Below are positions 60,094-64,000 of a DNA stretch of 64,000 bases, in pieces (position 1 is the first letter of the stretch; every line of letters begins with the position of its first letter). The position numbers were made by a program, and so were the translations under genes. Source of the stretch: Myxococcales bacterium (GTDB taxonomy: Bacteria; Desulfobacterota; Binatia; HRBIN30); assembly GCA_037445065.1 (NCBI GenBank), contig JBBILD010000010.1, forward strand, positions 64,001 to 128,000, written 5' to 3'. Below the pieces are notes generated by a model. It was not told where the DNA came from. It made no database searches and was given only the letters and a program-made list of their open reading frames with translations.

Positions 60094-61494
60094 TCAGTCG
60101 CGCCCTCCGCGTGCGATCCGCTCCAAATTCAGAAGCGCTTCAATTTGCTCCCGCGGCAAGCGGCCCTCTTTCTCGAGAATCTCGCGCAGGGAGGCGTCCT
60201 CCTCCAAGGCGCGCCGGTACAAGCGGGCCGCTTCGTCGTAGCCGAGAACCGGGGCTAGAGCCGTCACCAGTGCCGCCGTTCTCTCCGCGTACTGGCGGCA
60301 ACGCTCTACGTTGGCGCGGATTCCGGCCACGCAGCGAGTCGCCAACACCTGTGCCGTACTGGCCAAGATCTCGAGGCTTTCGATCAGGTGATGAGCAATC
60401 AGCGGCATCATGGTGTTCAGTTCGAGGTTGCCATGCATGGCCGCCACCGCGATCGCGGCGTCGTTGCCGACTAGATGTGCGCACACCATGTTGACCGCTT
60501 CGGGGACGACTGGGTTCACCTTCCCCGGCATGATACTCGAACCGGGCTGGGTGGCCGGCAGCTCGATTTCCGCCAAGCCCGTCCGTGGGCCTGATGTCAG
60601 GAGGCGCAAATCGTTGCAGATTTTCATCAGGCCGACGGCGAGCACGCGCACCGCCCCCGAAAGTTCCACCGCTGCGTCTCGGTTCTGTAGCGCCTCGAAC
60701 GGGTTCTTGGCGGGAAAAAAGAGGAGGCCGCTGAGAGCGCGCAGCTCTTGCACCATCTGCACCGCAAAATCCGCGGGGGCGTTGAGTCCGGTGCCGACCG
60801 CCGTGCCACCAATGGCCAGTTCTGCCACGTGCGGCCGGCAGTTTTCCAATCGCACAATACCATGCCGCACCACACTGGCGTACCCGGAAAACTCTTGCCC
60901 CAAGGTCATGGGGACTGCGTCTTGCAAGTGCGTGCGGCCAGCCTTCAGCACAGAGGCAAATTCCTCCGCCTTTGCTTCGAAGGCGGCAGCCAACTGGCGC
61001 ACCGCCGGGAGCACAGCGTTCTCGAGGGCATCGAGAGCCGCTACGTGAATCGCGGTCGGGAACACATCGTTGGTACTCTGTCCCAGGTTGACGTGATCGT
61101 TGGGGTGAACCCGCGCGCGATCCGAGCGCTCCACTCCCAACAGCTCGCGGGCGCGCGCAGCAATCACTTCGTTGGCGTTCATGTTCGTGGATGTACCGGA
61201 GCCAGTCTGAAACACATCCACGACAAACTGCGCGTCCCACTTTCCCTCGGCTACCTCGCGGGCCGCTGTTTCGATGGCCTGTCCGAGCTCCGGCGCAAGG
61301 AGCCGCAGGCGCGTGTTCACCCGAGCCGCGGCCACTTTGATCCACCCCAGCGCCTTCAAAAACCGCCGCGGGAAGCGGAGGGAGGAAATCTGAAACGTCT
61401 GTCGCGCGCGTTCGGTGGAGGCCCCGTAGTACGCATCCGCAGGGACCTCGATCTCTCCGAAGGAGTCACGTTCCAGGCGGCCGCCGCTGGTCAC
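60094..61494 (-). CDS. fumC: Class II fumarate hydratase
   Basis: Motifs ERDSFGE, VFQTGSGTSTNMN.NEV, HPNDHVN.GQS.ND, GRTHLQDA.P and GSSIMPGKVNP. GTG 61494 follows GGAGG. Confidence 0.92.
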   Translation of the reverse strand: MTSGGRLERDSFGEIEVPADAYYGASTERARQTFQISSLRFPRRFLKALGWIKVAAARVNTRLRLLAPELGQAIETAAREVAEGKWDAQFVVDVFQTGSGTSTNMNANEVIAARARELLGVERSDRARVHPNDHVNLGQSTNDVFPTAIHVAALDALENAVLPAVRQLAAAFEAKAEEFASVLKAGRTHLQDAVPMTLGQEFSGYASVVRHGIVRLENCRPHVAELAIGGTAVGTGLNAPADFAVQMVQELRALSGLLFFPAKNPFEALQNRDAAVELSGAVRVLAVGLMKICNDLRLLTSGPRTGLAEIELPATQPGSSIMPGKVNPVVPEAVNMVCAHLVGNDAAIAVAAMHGNLELNTMMPLIAHHLIESLEILASTAQVLATRCVAGIRANVERCRQYAERTAALVTALAPVLGYDEAARLYRRALEEDASLREILEKEGRLPREQIEALLNLERIARGGRD

Positions 61495-61511
61495 TGCCTC
61501 CGCTCCTGGCC

Positions 61512-62042
61512 TCAGTACTGGATCAACGAGCGCACCGCATGCGGCTTGAGGCGCTGCCGGCCCTGGAGGGCAGTGAGTTCGATGACAAAGGCGCAGGCGA
61601 CAATTTCGCCCCCGAGCTGATTGACCAAATCGCAAGCTGCACCCGCTGTGCCCCCAGTTGCCAGCAAGTCGTCCACGATCAGCACCCGCGTCGGGCTGCC
61701 GAAGGCATCGGAGTGGATCTCGAGCATGTCGGTTCCGTACTCGAGTTCGTACGCAGCGCTCAAGGTCGCAGCCGGGAGTTTTCCGGGCTTGCGCACCACA
61801 GCGAGCCCCGCACCCAGCGCGTACGCCACAGCGGCGCCAAAAATGAAGCCACGGGACTCGATCCCGAGCACCATGTCCACCCGCCCGTGGTACGGGGCGG
61901 CAAGCTGCTCGATCGTCGTGCGAAAGGCCGGACCGTGGGCGAGCAGCGGTGTCACGTCGCGGAAGATGATCCCTGGCTTGGGAAAATCCGGCACATCGCG
62001 GATCCAACGTTTGAGTTCGCTCACGGCCACCTGGGTTTCCAT
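61512..62042 (-). CDS. apt: Adenine phosphoribosyltransferase
   Basis: Motifs PDFPKPGIIFRDVTPLL, ESRGF, RKPGKLP, YELEYG and VDDLLATGGT. Confidence 0.96.
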   Translation of the reverse strand: METQVAVSELKRWIRDVPDFPKPGIIFRDVTPLLAHGPAFRTTIEQLAAPYHGRVDMVLGIESRGFIFGAAVAYALGAGLAVVRKPGKLPAATLSAAYELEYGTDMLEIHSDAFGSPTRVLIVDDLLATGGTAGAACDLVNQLGGEIVACAFVIELTALQGRQRLKPHAVRSLIQY

Positions 62043-62098
62043 GAAAGAACGCCTCTACCAGATGCCATCCTCGACCGACAAGGGAGCGCGCCGCACGC

Positions 62099-62743
62099 TT
62101 ATTTTTGCCTCGCGGCTGCTTTGCAATCCGCAACCGAACCGGCCCCAGTTGGGCACCAGGCTACCGAGCCCGCTGCAAGCAACCGAGGACCCAAGAACAC
62201 ATATGGGTCCAAGGCCACCTGGGCGCGTCGAATTTCAAAGTGCAGGTTGGGCCCCGTCGTGCGGCCGGTGGTTCCCACCGCTCCAATCACCTGCCCGGCA
62301 CGCACGTGCTCGCCGCGGCGCACACGGGCCCGCTGCAAGTGCGCGTACAAGCTCAGCAAGCCGCGTTCGTGGCGCAAGGCTACCGTCTCCCCGTAACCGC
62401 GCAGTGCACCGACGAATAGGACCTCACCGTCCCAGGCAGCACGCACCGGTGTGCCCTTGGGAGCATAAATGTCTATGCCGTCATGGAAGCGCCCGCCCCT
62501 TCTACCAAAGGCCGAGGACACGGACCCACCATCCACCGGCCAACGAAAGCCCTGCCGCCAGTGGCGCAACTCGCGTCCGGAAAGGGGGAGCAGCGCTTGT
62601 GGCGCACGCCCGATGAGCACCAGTTCGCGCGGCACCGCTTCGGGCTCAGGCGCGATTCGGTGCGGGCGCTTCCCGCCACAGCCGCTGGCCAGAAGCACCA
62701 CGACAAACAGGGCAACTCGCTGCCGTTCCCATCCACCGCACAT
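62099..62743 (-). CDS. M23 family metallopeptidase lipoprotein (NlpD-like)
   Basis: GGAGGAG ribosome-binding site, lipobox LASGC, and motifs WPV.G.VSS.FG, HDGID, YAHL and GPNLHFEIR. Confidence 0.88.
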   Translation of the reverse strand: MCGGWERQRVALFVVVLLASGCGGKRPHRIAPEPEAVPRELVLIGRAPQALLPLSGRELRHWRQGFRWPVDGGSVSSAFGRRGGRFHDGIDIYAPKGTPVRAAWDGEVLFVGALRGYGETVALRHERGLLSLYAHLQRARVRRGEHVRAGQVIGAVGTTGRTTGPNLHFEIRRAQVALDPYVFLGPRLLAAGSVAWCPTGAGSVADCKAAARQK

Positions 62744-63044
62744 CGGCCCAACTCCTCCACTACGGCTCAGTCGTCTCCTGGATGCGGCGCCGATTCTACA
62801 CTGGTTCTGCGCGCAACTCTCGCGCTTTTTGCAGCTCGCTCCGTCCGCGCACGCAGCAGCGATGCTGTCATGCGTGGGAAACGTTCTTCACCGCGGCGGT
62901 GTTGGAGCCGCTTCTGCCTCGAGCACCGCATGGCTCGGACCGGTGGGGGTGGCACGGTACCCACGGAAAGCGCAGCAAGTCCGCCACTCGGCCCGCTGCG
63001 CTAGCTCGAGCCACAAGGCGCCGACCAACGTGGAGGCCGCTGCC

Positions 63045-63794
63045 TCACGGCCACGGGATTTTGAGACCGGCCAGCTGCGGCAAGGAGGAGTAATTGGTCA
63101 GGTCGAGGTGCAGCGGCGTCACAGAGATATAGCCCGCGTGTACGGCGGCGTAATCCGTTCCCTCACCCGCCTCCACGTCCACCTGTCCCCCGCCGATCCA
63201 GTAGTACTTTTTTCCACGCGGGTCGACTTTTTCCACAATCACATCGCTGTAGCGGCGCTTGCCTTGCCGGGTGAGCACGTGCCCTTTGATGGTCTCGCGC
63301 GGTCCCGCCGGCACGTTCACGTTCAGCAAGGTATCGGGAGGCAAACCGTGCTCCAGAACCACGGCGGCAAGCGCCCGGCTAAACGCGGCGGCGGCTGTGA
63401 AGTCGAATTCGTCCGTACCGAGCAGCGACACAGCAATGCCGGGCACTCCGAGTAGGGTGGCTTCCATAGCGGCAGAAACCGTACCAGAGTAGGTGACATC
63501 CTCCCCCAGGTTCGCACCGTGGTTGATCCCTGAAACAACCAGGCGCGGGCGTTCCGGCAAGATGGCGTGAATGGCCAAGGTGATGCAGTCGGTCGGTGTA
63601 CCGTCCACGGCAAAGCGGCGCTCCCCTACCGGCTCGATGCGAAGCGGGCGATGCAAAGTAAGGGCGTGGCTCACGGCACTTTGGTTGCGGTCGGGGGCAA
63701 CGACCCAGACTTCGTCCAACCCCTCCAGCGCCGCCACCAACGCCTGCAAGCCGGCGGATGCAATGCCGTCGTCGTTGCTGACCAGAATCGCCAC
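63045..63794 (-). CDS. surE: 5'/3'-nucleotidase SurE
   Basis: Motifs ILVSNDDG, GTPTDC, SGINHGANLG, YSGTVSAA and ISVTPL. Confidence 0.96.
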   Translation of the reverse strand: MAILVSNDDGIASAGLQALVAALEGLDEVWVVAPDRNQSAVSHALTLHRPLRIEPVGERRFAVDGTPTDCITLAIHAILPERPRLVVSGINHGANLGEDVTYSGTVSAAMEATLLGVPGIAVSLLGTDEFDFTAAAAFSRALAAVVLEHGLPPDTLLNVNVPAGPRETIKGHVLTRQGKRRYSDVIVEKVDPRGKKYYWIGGGQVDVEAGEGTDYAAVHAGYISVTPLHLDLTNYSSLPQLAGLKIPWP

Positions 63795-63863
63795 GCGCGC
63801 AAGCTAACACCCTCTACGGGGGCAAGCAATTTTGCGCGGCCCCGGGCGCGATTGGCGAGGCAA

Positions 63864-63937
63864 TCGGGGCGGCGGGATTTGAACCCACGACCACTCGCAC
63901 CCCAAGCGAGTGCGCTACCAGGCTGCGCTACGCCCCG
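63864..63937 (-). tRNA. tRNA-Pro (GGG), CCA not encoded
   Basis: The minus strand reads CGGGGCG TAGCGCAGCCTGGTAGCGC A CTCGC TTGGGGT GCGAG TGGTC GTGGG TTCAAAT CCCGC CGCCCCG A, which folds into a full cloverleaf. Confidence 0.96.
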
Positions 63938-64000
63938 TTTGCTCCTGTGTTGGGGTGGCAGGCCTTATAGCGAGCCGCAATGAGAAAACTCAACCGGCAG

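Noticed and set aside
61495..62133. 213-aa N-terminal extension of fumC overlapping apt
   Set aside because: It is an alternative frame over apt; fumC has its own GGAGG and GTG at 61494.
63864..63937. tRNA-Pro as an integration site for an island
   Set aside because: I saw no duplicated tRNA 3' end or integrase, and surE follows immediately downstream.

Overview
GC-rich bacterial chromosomal window with no integrase, transposase, phage structural gene or CRISPR array that I could recognise. The CxGDC dockerin-like module and the Cys-rich C-terminal domain on the secreted proteins resemble those I associate with Candidatus Binatia or related deltaproteobacteria-like lineages; this taxonomic call is inference only. 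Housekeeping content: pyrR-pyrB-pyrC-carA-carB behind a PyrR attenuator, pth, clpP, nifJ (PFOR) with a DHOD-like flavoprotein, fumC, apt, an M23 lipoprotein, surE and tRNA-Pro(GGG). Lipid and acyl-CoA catabolism: a MaoC hydratase, two acyl-CoA dehydrogenases, and an atu/liu-like carboxylase cluster followed by a prpD-like gene and comA. There are many envelope and secreted proteins. The leading candidates for undescribed biology are: (1) a three-gene module of a GAF sigma54 activator with GAHSTA in place of GAFTGA, a non-RD Ser/Thr kinase-STAND ATPase, and a divergent secreted 2x6-Cys protein behind a -24/-12-like promoter; (2) a stand-alone archaeo-eukaryotic primase with a four-Cys PriL/PriCT-like tail and no mobile-element context; (3) a RegB/RegA pair with an exact RegR box facing a CxxC/His-rich outer-membrane protein and a TlpA; (4) an overlapping MmgE/PrpD-ComA pair; (5) tandem FG-GAP paralogues sharing an unnamed C-terminal domain; and (6) an ORF-free, hairpin-rich gap of about 880 bp upstream of pth. 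All calls come from reading motifs by eye; no database searches were run.
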